A DNA stretch of 63,090 bases from Acidobacterium sp. (GCA_003152415.1 PMAD01000209.1:34179-97268); one strand, 5' to 3'; positions 15,735 to 26,903 are shown, numbered from the stretch's first letter. Notes: generated from the letters alone by a model not told the origin. Numbers and translations: made by a program.

Positions 15735-18700
15735 CTAGAAGATGAGCTTCACGCTCCCCTGAAAGACTCTGGCGGCGTTGCCCCCGGCGGTCGATGAGAT
15801 CTGGCCAAAGGTCGATGACGACAAGCTGGCTGTTGGGCTGCCGAAATCCGGGTGGTTCAGCACATTGAAGGCTTCCAGCCGGAGATCCAGATTCAGCCGT
15901 TCGTGAACCGGAAACAACCGCGAAACCTGAGCATCGAACTGGAAGTAAGGCGGCGTCCGGAATGCGTTCCGGCTGACATCGCCGAACGTTCCCACTTCGG
16001 CGCATCCATTCGTACTCGCACCGCACGGCGCGGTCACCTGAGCGAAGGCGGCCGGGTTGAGGTATTCACGGTTCGATTCGCCGCTGGCCCGGGAGAATTT
16101 CACTTCAGCATAAGGACTAGTTCCGGCGACCAGATTCGGGCGATCCTGGGCCTCGTCGGTGAGGGAGTTATCCACTCCCGAAGTTACATTGACCGCGGCC
16201 CCGGTGGTGATGTGCACCAACGGAGCAAATTCCCAGTTGTCGATGAGCAACCGCTCGGCGCGAGGGAGATCGTTAAAGTTGCTGCGCGCAACAATGACGA
16301 AGTTTTCGATATCGCGATAGTCGAAGCCGCACGGGCCCCAGTCCCCCCTGGGATTGTTGGGATTCTGATAGAGGCCCGCGGCAATATCACCCTGGCCGTC
16401 GGCGAGATCCAGGCACTTCGACCAGGTATAGTTTGCCAACAGGCTGAAGGTTGCTGAGAGTCGATGCTGGAGTGTGGCCACCATACCGTTGTAGCTGGCG
16501 TAGCCCACGTCATTAACGGTGACCGAGCCGGCGCCGCCGCCTATGATCTGGTTGCCCTGAGCGGGATTCGCAATCGTCAGCGCAAAACGAGAGTTCTCGT
16601 TCTTGGTGGTAGAGCAGTTGGTTCCGGCTGCTCCTGGCTTTACTGCGGCCGGTCCTGTGGTCACAATGCCGGCGCAGCCGGTGCCTCCGGCTCCCCATAC
16701 TCCGGGGATGAAGACGGCCGGGCTCAGAGGCGTGCCCATCGGATCATGCACGGTCCTGTTCCCGATGTAGTCAACCTGGGCCTGCCAGCCATGGCTGAAG
16801 TCATGCTGAACGCTGAGTGTCCACTGGATGGTGTAGGCCGGGTGGAACTGGCTGGGCATCACAATGTACTGGGACTGGGCGTAGAAGACCGCTTCTGAAG
16901 GAGTGGGGATGATCGGTTGTGGAAATGGACTGGTGGTGATGGAACCCACCGACCAGGGAGCGCCGAAGGACAAAGGTCCGGTGGCCGACGTCTGAGTATT
17001 GCTGATGGCGGTGGCAAACGGCGGGTTCTGGTTGGTGCGCTGGCCGGTGAAGAAATTGGGTTTGTCATAAGCCAGCTCGGCGCCCGCGCGGATGACTGTC
17101 TTACCCGTGCCGAAAGGATCCCAGGACACACCGAGGTTGGGAGAAAACTGCCACGGCGAGTTCTGCGTGAACCCCCTGGGCACACCGCTGTCGCCGTAGA
17201 ACAGGATCCCGGCGGGGGCATTGGGGTAGACGGTGCTGATGGTGTTGTCGAGGAAATCGCTGTAGTTGAAAACGCTGCCGCGGTTGAAGTAGTCCACGGG
17301 CATGAAATTCGGTCCCCAGCGCAGCCCAGCCACCAGGGTCAGGCGTGGCGTGGCGTGGAATGTGTCCTGCCCATAGAGGCTGGGAATCGGTCCACGCAGC
17401 GCGTTCTGCTCCTGTTTGCTCTGCTGGAAGGCGCTCAGCGTCCCCCACAGGAAGTCGAGGCTTTGGTCGCCGATAACGCTGCCTCCGTTCGGCCCGCTTC
17501 CGCTGTATTCACCGTTAAAAGTGAATGTGCCGTTGGACTCGTATCCGTTGGAGATATTCAACTCGTTCTGCACCCATTCTCCGCCCCAGATGATCTGATG
17601 CTTTCCGCGCACCATGGTGACGTCATCGTCGATGGCCAGGGTGTTGTCGTTGAAGTGGGCCACCGAGTTGGTCCCGCCTCCGATGGTGAACTTGCCTTCC
17701 GTGATTTGCAGGCCGTTGGGTATGGGCTGAGAGATGTTGACGCCGAGTTTCGCCGCGTTGATATCGCCGGCATTGTAACCGCGGTTGTCGACGCGCCGCA
17801 GAACGGTGGCATGGGCCGCGTTGACCGTGTTCGGAGTGAAAGAGTCAATCCAGCCGAGCGTGAAAGACTGCGTCCGCTCGATGTTCCCGGACTGCGTGGT
17901 GATGAGGATGTTGCTGGGAGAGAAGAAGGCCGGGGCCTGATAGCCGTCGATGAAGTAGCGGCCAAAGAGGCTGTTCTTCGAGTTCATGGTGTAGTCGACC
18001 CTGGTGACAAACTCATTGTCAGACGTCTGCGAGGGGATGGAGTAGGAGACCAGTCCGCAATTGTTTGTATCCACCGCGGGGTTGATGGCAGGCAGGTATT
18101 TGTCCAGCGCCAGCGATTGCGCGATGAAAGCGGGGGGAGACGCGTATTTGTCACCCGGCAGGGTTGCGCCGGTCAGAGGGTCCTTCAGTTGCACAAATTT
18201 CCCCGATGATTCGCAGGTGGTTCCGTCGGTCACCGAAAAATCGCCGGCCAGGTTCGCTGCGGTCGGTACAAAGGCTTCTGTGCTGGACTGGCTTTGATCG
18301 GCCTTCAGGTGCTGGTACCCCGCGAACGCAAAAAGTTTGTCGCGAATGATTCTGCCGCCGAAGGTGCCGCCGTACTCATTCTGGTGCAAGGTATCCGGCG
18401 AGACCGAATAGAAGTTCGTCGCGTCGAGGTAGTTGTTGCGGATGAACTCGAACGCTGTGCCATGGTAGGTATTGGTCCCGGAGCGAGTGACGGCGTTCAC
18501 GTAGCCGCCCGTATGCTCACCGTCTCCGGCGCCGAGCACGGTGGACTCCACGCTGAACTGGCTGACCGCATCGGGGAACGGGAAGGGGAGGTTGCCGTTG
18601 GCCATGTAGTCCTGGTTATCGCCGCCATCCAGACGCCACAGGGTAGTGTTCCCGTTGCCTCCGGCGATGGAAATGGAGATGGTCTGGTAGGAGTACTTGC

Positions 18701-19259
18701 TGCCCGTAAAGTCGTTGCCGGGCGCGGTACTCGATCCTCCGGAAACGGTCAGCAAACCCGTGATCTGCCGGCTGGTGGAGTTCAGCGGCATTTCCGTAAT
18801 GTCCTTCTCGTCGACGGTCTGCTTGAACGAGGGGTCCTCGGTCTGCAGGGCCAGACCTTCCGAATGGACCTGCACCTCAGTGCTCGCCGCCCCTACCTGA
18901 AGACTGGCATTGACAGCGATGCTGCTGCCGACTTCGAGCACGATATTCGTTTGCTCGTAAGTCTTGAACCCGCTGGCAACGACACGAAGTGTATAGGTGC
19001 CCGTAGGCAGGCCGGGGAAGGCATAGACTCCGGCGCCGTCGCTCCTGTTGTGGTGCTGTACCTGCGTTGCTGTATCGGTGATCGTGATCGCCGCATTCTG
19101 GACGACGGCTCCGGAGGCATCCAGTACGGTGCCCTGTACGTTGGCGGTTCCGGCGATCTGCGCCTTGCCCTGGGTGGCGAACAGCACCAGCGTCGCGAGA
19201 CAAAGGGCGCCCAACCAGCGCCCGAGGATTGCCATTGGGTTGGAACGTGTGCTCCTCAT
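15735..19259 (-). CDS. TonB-dependent receptor-like outer-membrane protein with N-terminal CarboxypepD_reg domain
   Basis: Signal peptide; NVQGTVLDASGAVVQNAAITITDTATQ...GVYAFPGLPTGTYTL (carboxypeptidase-regulatory-like fold). About 1170 aa barrel ending ...GSVKLIF. Start at the ATG at 19259, preceded by GGAGG. Confidence 0.85.
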   Translation of the reverse strand: MRSTRSNPMAILGRWLGALCLATLVLFATQGKAQIAGTANVQGTVLDASGAVVQNAAITITDTATQVQHHNRSDGAGVYAFPGLPTGTYTLRVVASGFKTYEQTNIVLEVGSSIAVNASLQVGAASTEVQVHSEGLALQTEDPSFKQTVDEKDITEMPLNSTSRQITGLLTVSGGSSTAPGNDFTGSKYSYQTISISIAGGNGNTTLWRLDGGDNQDYMANGNLPFPFPDAVSQFSVESTVLGAGDGEHTGGYVNAVTRSGTNTYHGTAFEFIRNNYLDATNFYSVSPDTLHQNEYGGTFGGRIIRDKLFAFAGYQHLKADQSQSSTEAFVPTAANLAGDFSVTDGTTCESSGKFVQLKDPLTGATLPGDKYASPPAFIAQSLALDKYLPAINPAVDTNNCGLVSYSIPSQTSDNEFVTRVDYTMNSKNSLFGRYFIDGYQAPAFFSPSNILITTQSGNIERTQSFTLGWIDSFTPNTVNAAHATVLRRVDNRGYNAGDINAAKLGVNISQPIPNGLQITEGKFTIGGGTNSVAHFNDNTLAIDDDVTMVRGKHQIIWGGEWVQNELNISNGYESNGTFTFNGEYSGSGPNGGSVIGDQSLDFLWGTLSAFQQSKQEQNALRGPIPSLYGQDTFHATPRLTLVAGLRWGPNFMPVDYFNRGSVFNYSDFLDNTISTVYPNAPAGILFYGDSGVPRGFTQNSPWQFSPNLGVSWDPFGTGKTVIRAGAELAYDKPNFFTGQRTNQNPPFATAISNTQTSATGPLSFGAPWSVGSITTSPFPQPIIPTPSEAVFYAQSQYIVMPSQFHPAYTIQWTLSVQHDFSHGWQAQVDYIGNRTVHDPMGTPLSPAVFIPGVWGAGGTGCAGIVTTGPAAVKPGAAGTNCSTTKNENSRFALTIANPAQGNQIIGGGAGSVTVNDVGYASYNGMVATLQHRLSATFSLLANYTWSKCLDLADGQGDIAAGLYQNPNNPRGDWGPCGFDYRDIENFVIVARSNFNDLPRAERLLIDNWEFAPLVHITTGAAVNVTSGVDNSLTDEAQDRPNLVAGTSPYAEVKFSRASGESNREYLNPAAFAQVTAPCGASTNGCAEVGTFGDVSRNAFRTPPYFQFDAQVSRLFPVHERLNLDLRLEAFNVLNHPDFGSPTASLSSSTFGQISSTAGGNAARVFQGSVKLIF

Positions 19260-19734
19260 AGAAGCCTCCAAAGAACTGCCGATTGCGTTTTCTGTGTGAA
19301 GAGGTCTGACCTGTGCTCAAAAACCGCACCAGTATCGTGGACCCAGAATGGACCTGTCAAGAGGCAACCGCGGGCCGATCCTTCGAGGGGATTGACGGAA
19401 CGGGTGCGGTGGGCGATTGTCGGCGGCCCAGCGCGGCCCGCGACCCTACGCCAGGGCCTCTTGTTTCTTGGCTTTGCCGATTCATCCTTTGTTCGTGGAA
19501 CAACTCAAAAGCGGGCAGGGGCGCCGCCAGGTGTCAACCCGTCTGCAATCGTTTCCAGTCCTCGCGGGAACTCCTTCCTTGTCCGCAATCGTGTCACCAA
19601 TACGCCGTCCGCCTCATCCCCTGGCCCTCATCGAAGAGGTGCCCGCGCGGCTGGTTGGTCAGACCACGCATCGAATCGATATGCGGATTTGAGGGGCGAC
19701 TGCGGGCAATGGATATCCAGCCGCCGCTATCCGG

Positions 19735-21378
19735 TCACAGCGTCTGATTGTCGGCATTGTCCAGCTGCGTATCCTTTGCGGCGCGGCTCACCAGAATGCG
19801 CAGATCCGTCACTTGATCCAGATGGAACGCGGAAACTCCCTTCGGCGCGGTAACGGCGATGAAGTCGGCGCGATCCACGCCGGTCAGGTAGAAGCTGGGA
19901 CGCGGATCAGGTGACGCCGCGGCGACCTCCACATGGCTGACCTCGAGATTCCGGATATGGCGAAGGAAGAATCCCTGAGAAGGCATGGGGCCGAACATAC
20001 CGGGATCTGGATACTTGTTTTCGAATTCCGGCGGCCGAAGGGCAACGGCATCCTGCGATGCGCCGCCGAGTGAATGTTGGTAAATATCGGAGAGCTTGAC
20101 GTCCTCGATCGCGTAGCCGGGAATCCCACTGAGGATGGAGCAGAGCCTGGAGGCCGCGTTGTAACTCGTCAGATTACTGATGAGGATGCGCCGCATCGTG
20201 CCGACTTTGGTCGCTTCCGTCGGGCCGCGCAGGCGAGCACCCAGCCGCACGAAGATGGGCCCGGTCACGATGTCGCGCATGGTGATGTTCGAAATCGCGA
20301 TGTCTTCGCAGAGCGCGCCGTCTTCGCTCTCCAGCGCAAGCCCATTGCAGGCGTCGAAAACGCAGTTGGAAATGGTGATGTTTTTGAATCCGCCGTTCGA
20401 CTCGGTCCCGCATTTTATGCGTCCCGTACGTCCCACGCGCACATCCGGGGCAAATCGTTTAAAGGTTCCGTCGAGAACGCTGCCCAACTCATAATCGCCG
20501 GTCACGTAGCAGTTGGTGATCGTCACATTTTCGGTCGCTCTGGCGTAGCCCAGGGCATAACTGCTCTTCGGGCAAATCCCGTCGTCCCAGGGCGAGTTGA
20601 CCGTGCAGTTCGATACGTGGACGTTGCGGCAGCAGTCGATGTCCATTCCATCGCGATCAGTGTCGATGGTGAGGTTGTCGATGGTCAGGTTGTCGACGCC
20701 CGTAAGCAGGAGCCCGAAGTGGCCGCCTTTCAGGATAGAAAAATCGCGCAGCCGGACATTGTGGCAATTCTTCAGCGCGACGCTCTTGTTGCCCACGCCG
20801 GCCTGCTCTGCGACATAGATGGGGTAATTTCCGCGCGCCATGCGGTTGGCGCCAAAGCTGAGACCCTTGCCGTAGATCGTGCCCGGCCCGGTGATGCTGA
20901 TATCGGTGATGCCTTCGCCCCAGATCAGCGAATTGTGCCAGTGATTGTGACCGTAATCCTGGTAGTCCTCCCACGGAGCATTCGGCTCTGCGGCATCGTA
21001 GGTCCCGCCGTTGTATCCGGTGGCGCCGCCGGGAAGCGGCGAATCCGCGGCGACGATGGTCGCGCCCTGCGCAAGGTAGAGCCCAATGTGACTCTTCAGG
21101 CGAATCGAGAAGCTCAGCCATGTTCCCGCGGGGAAGACCACCGTGCCCCCACCTGCAGCCGCGGCCGCTTCGATGGCTTTGTTGATGGCAGGCGAATCGA
21201 TCGCTTTGCCGTCTCCAACCGCGCCATACGTACGGACGTCGAAGATTCCCGGTCCCGAGACGGAAGAAGGCGCGTGAGAAGCAGCGTGCGCTTCGTGCAA
21301 TGCGGAGCCGACGACCGCTCCCAAACCCAGGGCGCTGAAGCGAAGAAGATCTCGACGATTGGACTGGAAAGAATTCAT
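19735..21378 (-). CDS. Glycoside hydrolase family 28 (exo-polygalacturonase/rhamnogalacturonase-like), Tat-type signal
   Basis: MNSFQSNRRDLLRFSALGLGA (twin-arginine leader). Pectate-lyase-fold repeats, DRDGMDID, WDDGICPKS, GRIKCGTES. Confidence 0.8.
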   Translation of the reverse strand: MNSFQSNRRDLLRFSALGLGAVVGSALHEAHAASHAPSSVSGPGIFDVRTYGAVGDGKAIDSPAINKAIEAAAAAGGGTVVFPAGTWLSFSIRLKSHIGLYLAQGATIVAADSPLPGGATGYNGGTYDAAEPNAPWEDYQDYGHNHWHNSLIWGEGITDISITGPGTIYGKGLSFGANRMARGNYPIYVAEQAGVGNKSVALKNCHNVRLRDFSILKGGHFGLLLTGVDNLTIDNLTIDTDRDGMDIDCCRNVHVSNCTVNSPWDDGICPKSSYALGYARATENVTITNCYVTGDYELGSVLDGTFKRFAPDVRVGRTGRIKCGTESNGGFKNITISNCVFDACNGLALESEDGALCEDIAISNITMRDIVTGPIFVRLGARLRGPTEATKVGTMRRILISNLTSYNAASRLCSILSGIPGYAIEDVKLSDIYQHSLGGASQDAVALRPPEFENKYPDPGMFGPMPSQGFFLRHIRNLEVSHVEVAAASPDPRPSFYLTGVDRADFIAVTAPKGVSAFHLDQVTDLRILVSRAAKDTQLDNADNQTL

Positions 21379-21507
21379 AGCGGCACGATCCTTGCAGAAA
21401 TAATGTCCCGGTTGCAACCTGGTTCTGAGCTCCAGTGGTATGACCACTGAGCCGGTTCCAGCGTATCATTAGGCTTCGCAATCCGATCTGCTCGCCGGTG
21501 AGGAAAC

Positions 21508-22803
21508 TTGTTGACCCGATCCAAATCGCTTTTCTCATGGCTGCTTGCGGGGCTCGCGTTGACGGCTGTGTCGATGACGTCTTCGGCGAGCGCCCCGTCG
21601 CCATCTACAACCTGCGATCCGCATTCTTACGGTGCGAAGGTGGATGGCGTTTCCAAAGACACCGCCGCAATACAAGCAGCCATCGATGCCTGCGAACAGC
21701 GTGGCGGCGGCACAGTGAAGCTCAGTGCAGGGACTTGGCTGAGCGCGCCCATCGTCCTGAAGAGCAACATCACTCTCGAACTCGACAAGGGCACGACGCT
21801 GCTCGGCTCTTCCGATCACCAGGACTTTCCCGCCAAAACCGAGTTTCGCGCGCCCGGCCGGCAGTCCCTGGTCAGCGCGACCGACGCGACGAACGTGTCC
21901 ATCACCGGCGAAGGTGTGATCGACGGAGCCGGAGAAAGCTGGTGGCAGGAGGCTCGCACATTCGGCGATCACGGCGTTATGGGGTCTGACCACACGAGGC
22001 CGCGGCTGGTTGTCTTCGACCACTGCCGACACGTGCTCGTGGAAGGGGTGACCATTCAGAATTCGCCGATGTGGCAAGTGGTTCCCTACTACTCGGATGA
22101 CGTGACAATTCGGAATATCAAGGTTCTGGCCCCTCAGCATTCGCCTAACACCGACGCCATCGATCCGTTCTCCTCGTCCCACGTCCTCATCGATCATGTC
22201 TACGCGGATGTCGGTGACGATAACGTTGCCATCAAATCAGGAAAGGCCAACTCGGAGGGCCCTGACGATCCCAGCCGCGACATCACCATTACCGATTGCA
22301 CGTTTCTGCATGGACACGGCCTCTCGATCGGCAGCGAGATCGCCGGCGGCGCGCAAAACATTCGCGCCGAGCGCATTCACTTTGACGGAACAGACAATGG
22401 CATCCGCATCAAGGCCAATCGCGATCGCGGCAACGACGTGAGTTCGCTGACCTTCCGCGATATCGACATGAAGAACGTCAAGAATGCCATCATCATCAGT
22501 GAGTACTATCCGAAGATCCTGCCGCCCGATCCGGATCCGGTGCAGCCCGTCACCCGGCTGACGCCTCATTTTCACGACATCGCGCTGGAAAATGTAACAG
22601 CCACGGATATCGTTTCGGCCGGCGCCATCGCAGGATTGCCTGAGGCGCCAATTCGCGGTGTCATTCTGAAGAACGTCAGAATCGAAGCGCAACACGGCCT
22701 GGCAATCAGCAACGCTGACGTCTCCGGCAAAGGAGTCACGGTCCAGGCAAGCGACGGATCGTCCATCATCAAAGCCGCCGGAGGGATCGTAACTTTCCGG
22801 TGA
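21508..22803 (+). CDS. Glycoside hydrolase family 28 polygalacturonase
   Basis: Signal peptide. All four GH28 signatures are present: SPNTDAIDP, GDDNVAIKSG, GHGLSIGSE, NGIRIKAN. TTG start. Confidence 0.9.
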   Translation: MLTRSKSLFSWLLAGLALTAVSMTSSASAPSPSTTCDPHSYGAKVDGVSKDTAAIQAAIDACEQRGGGTVKLSAGTWLSAPIVLKSNITLELDKGTTLLGSSDHQDFPAKTEFRAPGRQSLVSATDATNVSITGEGVIDGAGESWWQEARTFGDHGVMGSDHTRPRLVVFDHCRHVLVEGVTIQNSPMWQVVPYYSDDVTIRNIKVLAPQHSPNTDAIDPFSSSHVLIDHVYADVGDDNVAIKSGKANSEGPDDPSRDITITDCTFLHGHGLSIGSEIAGGAQNIRAERIHFDGTDNGIRIKANRDRGNDVSSLTFRDIDMKNVKNAIIISEYYPKILPPDPDPVQPVTRLTPHFHDIALENVTATDIVSAGAIAGLPEAPIRGVILKNVRIEAQHGLAISNADVSGKGVTVQASDGSSIIKAAGGIVTFR

Positions 22804-22878
22804 TTGGCCGCGTTGCTCGCGGCTTCCCCCTCGAGCGCGCAGGCGGCGTAGGATGGACCGCTGTCGGGATTTTACCTG

Positions 22879-25671
22879 GTGATGACTGGCTTCCTTCGAA
22901 TCATCGGCTGCGCAATGGCCGCCTGCCTCATGCTGGTTTACTCCGCTTCAAGCCAGCAAAGCAGCGAGGCGACATCTCCGATCGCAGCATTCGGCGATTC
23001 GCTCGTCGCTCTGCGCCGCGGCTTCGAGGCACCTCCGGCCGACGCTCGCCCGATGATGCGCTGGTGGTGGTTCGGACCTGCCGTCGAACCCGACGAACTC
23101 GCGCGCGAACTGCAAACGATGAAGGCTGGCGGCATTGGCGGTGTGGAGATTCAGCCCGTCTATCCCCTGGCGCTCGACGATCCACCGTCCGGGTTCCGAA
23201 ATGACAAATTCCTCTCGCCGGAATTCCTGAAGATGGTCGGCTTCGCTGCGGAAACCGGCCGCAGCCTCGGCATGCGCGTCAGCATCACGCTCGGCAGCGG
23301 CTGGCCTTACGGCGGAGCCTGGGTTCCCGTGACTGAATCGGCGGGGCGCCTGCGCATCGTGAATGTTCCCGTGTCTGCAGATGAGCATTCTGTTGCGGTG
23401 CCCTCTACCGAGAACGGCGAGAAGTTGCTGGCGGCGTTCGTCGCAGCGGGAACAGCCGAGCATTTCGATGCGAATCACGCGCAGCGAATTGAGCGGATCA
23501 GCAACGAGCGGCTTATCTTGCCCTCGGGACTGAGCGGGCCTCAGGTTGCGCTGTTCTTCATCTCGAGCCGTACAGGACAGCAGGTAAAGCGCCCGGCATA
23601 TGGCGCCGAGGGTTTTGTGATCGACCACTTCAGCGCGCAGGCGGTTCAGGACCACCTGAAGAACGTCGCGGAGCCGCTGGTGCGCGCTTTTGGAGACCAT
23701 CCTCCTTATTCAGTCTTCAGCGACAGCCTCGAAGTGTATGAATCCGACTGGACCCCGGACTTCCTCACCGAATTTCGCAACCGCCGCGGTTACGATTTAA
23801 CTCCACACCTGCCGGAAATGATCGACGGAACCGGGCCGGAGGCTGTCGACCTGCGTTACGACTGGGGCCGCACGCTGGCGGAACTGATCGACCAGAACTA
23901 TCTTGGCGCGATCATTACCTGGGCACGCGCGCACCGCACGCAGTTTCGGTCGCAGAGTTACGGCATCCCCGCTGTCACGCTCTCCAGCAACTCCCGCGTC
24001 GATTTGCCCGAGGGCGAAGGCTCGCAGTGGCACGGGTCGTTTTCCTACACGCGCTGGGGGACGTCGGCCAGCCACGTCTACGGCCGGCCGATCACCTCGT
24101 CGGAAACCTGGACCTGGTTGCATTCGCCCGCCTTCCGCGCGACGCCGCTGGATATGAAGGCCGAGGCGGACACGTTTTTCCTGCAGGGCATTAACCAGCT
24201 GATGGGCCACGGCTGGCCATACTCGCCACCGTCGGCGGGCGAGCCCGGATATTCCTTTTACGCCGCGGCCGTCTTCAACAACCACAATCCCTGGTGGATC
24301 TTGATGCCGGAGGTGACCAGCTATCTGACCCGTATGAGCTGGCTGCTGCGCCAGGGAACGCCCGCCAACGACGTTGCTGTTTTGCTGCCGGAGGAGGACG
24401 CTCAGGCCCGGTTCCGTCCGGGCGAGGCAACCGTCAGCGATCAGATGCCCGATCTGCTGGGGCCAGAACTTGTGCCCGCGATCCTCGACGCGGGCTACAA
24501 CTTCGACTTCATCGACTCGGCGGCCATCGATCGTGTTGGCATTCACTACCCAATTCTGGTGATCCCCAACATCGAGCGCCTGCCGCTGGCCACCTATCGC
24601 AGGATCGCGGACTACGCGCGAGGGGGGGGAGTCGTCCTTGCCACACGGAGTCTACCTTCGCGCGCTCCTGGGTTTTTGGAATCGCCTCGAGATTCCGCCG
24701 CAGTCCGGCAGACTTCCCACGAACTTTTCGCACCGGATGCGAAAACCGCAAAGCTGGTCGCGAACCCTTCCGATCTGGGCGCAGCGATCGCCGCATTTCT
24801 GAAGCCCGATGTTACGCTCGATCCAGCGACGCCGGAAGTGGGGTTCATTCATCGCCGGCTTCCCGAGGCGGACATCTACTTCCTCGCGAACACTGGCAAT
24901 CGCCCGTACAACTTCACCGCTGCCTTCCGCACCGAAAGACGCGGGGCCGAATGGTGGGATCCGTTCAGCGGAACGAGTTCGCGCGCCGCCGGCAGCGGTC
25001 CCGTGCTGAAAATGACTCTAGCTCCCTATGAATCGCGCGTAGTGGTCTTCGCCGATCGCGCTCAGCCAGGAAAAGTGCGGGCGACCGTTACAAATTTCGC
25101 CCCCATCGACCTGAGCCACAACTGGCAAGTTACATTCGACAAGACCAGCGTCGGCGAAACGATGCAGACGTTGCACTCCTGGGCCGATGACGAGGCAGGG
25201 AAGTATTACTCCGGGACTGTCACATATCGGCGCACCGTCGATATCCCGCGGAACGTTGCGGATACCGGCTCAGCGATCCTCGATTTCGGCGTCGGAACAC
25301 CTCTCGAACGGACGAAACTCAACCTGCCCGGCATGCGCACCTGGCTTGACGCGCCGCTCCGCGATGCGGCTCTCGTCTATGTCAACGGTAAGCTGGCCGG
25401 ATCGGTGTGGCATCCACCCTTCGCGCTGAATATCGGGCGGTCTCTGCGCCCCGGCTCCAATGAACTAAAGATCGTCGTCGCCAACACCGCCATCAACGAG
25501 CTCGCGGGACGCGCGCCAGCGGATTACCGGCTGCTCTGGCTGCGCTACGGCAAACGCTTCGCACCCCAGGATATGGATCATCTGGAGCCGCTGCCTTCCG
25601 GAATCCTGGGACCGCTGCGCATCGTCCCCGCAAACGAGATCACCGCATCTGAAGGGAATTCCACCCAATGA
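22879..25671 (+). CDS. Large secreted glycoside hydrolase, probably GH106-like alpha-L-rhamnosidase
   Basis: Signal peptide. PMMRWWWFGP...GGIGGVEIQPVYP N-terminal motif and C-terminal galactose-binding-like domain (YSGTVTYRR...VYVNGKLAG...ELKIVVANT). Sits in a rhamnose/pectin context. Family assignment is from memory only. Confidence 0.5.
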   Translation: MMTGFLRIIGCAMAACLMLVYSASSQQSSEATSPIAAFGDSLVALRRGFEAPPADARPMMRWWWFGPAVEPDELARELQTMKAGGIGGVEIQPVYPLALDDPPSGFRNDKFLSPEFLKMVGFAAETGRSLGMRVSITLGSGWPYGGAWVPVTESAGRLRIVNVPVSADEHSVAVPSTENGEKLLAAFVAAGTAEHFDANHAQRIERISNERLILPSGLSGPQVALFFISSRTGQQVKRPAYGAEGFVIDHFSAQAVQDHLKNVAEPLVRAFGDHPPYSVFSDSLEVYESDWTPDFLTEFRNRRGYDLTPHLPEMIDGTGPEAVDLRYDWGRTLAELIDQNYLGAIITWARAHRTQFRSQSYGIPAVTLSSNSRVDLPEGEGSQWHGSFSYTRWGTSASHVYGRPITSSETWTWLHSPAFRATPLDMKAEADTFFLQGINQLMGHGWPYSPPSAGEPGYSFYAAAVFNNHNPWWILMPEVTSYLTRMSWLLRQGTPANDVAVLLPEEDAQARFRPGEATVSDQMPDLLGPELVPAILDAGYNFDFIDSAAIDRVGIHYPILVIPNIERLPLATYRRIADYARGGGVVLATRSLPSRAPGFLESPRDSAAVRQTSHELFAPDAKTAKLVANPSDLGAAIAAFLKPDVTLDPATPEVGFIHRRLPEADIYFLANTGNRPYNFTAAFRTERRGAEWWDPFSGTSSRAAGSGPVLKMTLAPYESRVVVFADRAQPGKVRATVTNFAPIDLSHNWQVTFDKTSVGETMQTLHSWADDEAGKYYSGTVTYRRTVDIPRNVADTGSAILDFGVGTPLERTKLNLPGMRTWLDAPLRDAALVYVNGKLAGSVWHPPFALNIGRSLRPGSNELKIVVANTAINELAGRAPADYRLLWLRYGKRFAPQDMDHLEPLPSGILGPLRIVPANEITASEGNSTQ

Positions 25672-26903
25672 CTTCGCGCGAAAGGATGAGAATCGTGATG
25701 GAAAGATTTCTTCTGGCCGCTGCACTGCTGGCCGCCACACCGCTACTCGCGCAAACTCCGGCCATCTCGCCCGAGGAGCAGCAAGCCATCACTGGCGACA
25801 TCAACCGCCACTTCGGCGATGCTCCTGCCAACCCTGGCCCGAAAGCGAATCTCTCCGCATCGTTGCATCCAGCCGACGTGCGCGCAGCAACGCGCAAAGT
25901 TGCCGACTGGGAGCTGGGCTGGTCGGAGCCGTACTTCGACCGCATCTGGACGTGGAGCGTGCTGTATACCGGCTTCATGGCGGCCTCGCCGGCGCTCGAC
26001 GAACCGCGTTCTCGCGACGCGATGGAGGCGATGGCGGAGAAGTTTCAGTGGCAGCTGCGCTCCGAGCATCCCAACGCCGACGATCAGAGCGTCGGCCAGA
26101 CTTATCTCGAGCTGGATTTGCTGAGACCCGCGCCGGAAAGAATCGCACCAACCAGGGCGGCACTCGACGATCTGCTCGCTGGCGGAGCGGCACGCATTCC
26201 CGAGGGGCAAGCGCAGATTCCGTGGTGGTGGTGTGACGCCCTGTTCATGGCGCCCCCGGTGTGGTCCCGCATGTATGCGGCCACGCATGATGCGAAGTAT
26301 CTCGATTACATCGACAAACACTGGCAGGAAACATCGGACCTGCTTTACGATCCGCAGCGGCATCTCTATTTCCGCGATGCCACCTTCCTGCACAAAACCG
26401 ATGAGCGCGGCAATCCGATCTTCTGGTCGCGCGGAAATGGCTGGGTGATGGGCGGCATCGCTCGCACCCTGGATTACATGCCGAAGGATCGCCCCAGCCG
26501 CGGGAAATATGAAACACAACTGCGAGAGATGGCAGCGGCCGTCGCCGCGCTGCAGGATCCGCAGAGCGGTTTATGGCACGCGAATCTCCTCGACCCAGCG
26601 GATTATCCACAGCCGGAGACCTCCGGTTCCGCGCTGATCACCTTTGCCCTGGCGTGGGGCGTGAATCACGGTGTGCTCGATCGCGCGACCTACCTGCCGG
26701 TCATCGTCAAAGCGTGGCGTGGGCTCGTCGGGCAGATTTATGCGGATGGGCGGCTGGGAAACATTCAGCAGACCGGCGCGGCGCCCGCGCATTACCTGCC
26801 CTCGTCGAGCTATACGTATGGGGTGGGCGCGTTCCTGCTGGCGGGAGCTCAGGTCGAGGGGCTCTCCGCGCACCCACGGCGCGCGACGAAGCGCGAACCG
26901 TGA
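25668..26903 (+). CDS. GH105/GH88-family unsaturated rhamnogalacturonyl hydrolase
   Basis: ATGA overlap with the previous gene. Signal peptide. WSRGNGWVMGGIARTLDYMP and an (alpha/alpha)6 pattern typical of YteR/YesR-like enzymes. Confidence 0.8.
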   Translation: MTSRERMRIVMERFLLAAALLAATPLLAQTPAISPEEQQAITGDINRHFGDAPANPGPKANLSASLHPADVRAATRKVADWELGWSEPYFDRIWTWSVLYTGFMAASPALDEPRSRDAMEAMAEKFQWQLRSEHPNADDQSVGQTYLELDLLRPAPERIAPTRAALDDLLAGGAARIPEGQAQIPWWWCDALFMAPPVWSRMYAATHDAKYLDYIDKHWQETSDLLYDPQRHLYFRDATFLHKTDERGNPIFWSRGNGWVMGGIARTLDYMPKDRPSRGKYETQLREMAAAVAALQDPQSGLWHANLLDPADYPQPETSGSALITFALAWGVNHGVLDRATYLPVIVKAWRGLVGQIYADGRLGNIQQTGAAPAHYLPSSSYTYGVGAFLLAGAQVEGLSAHPRRATKREP

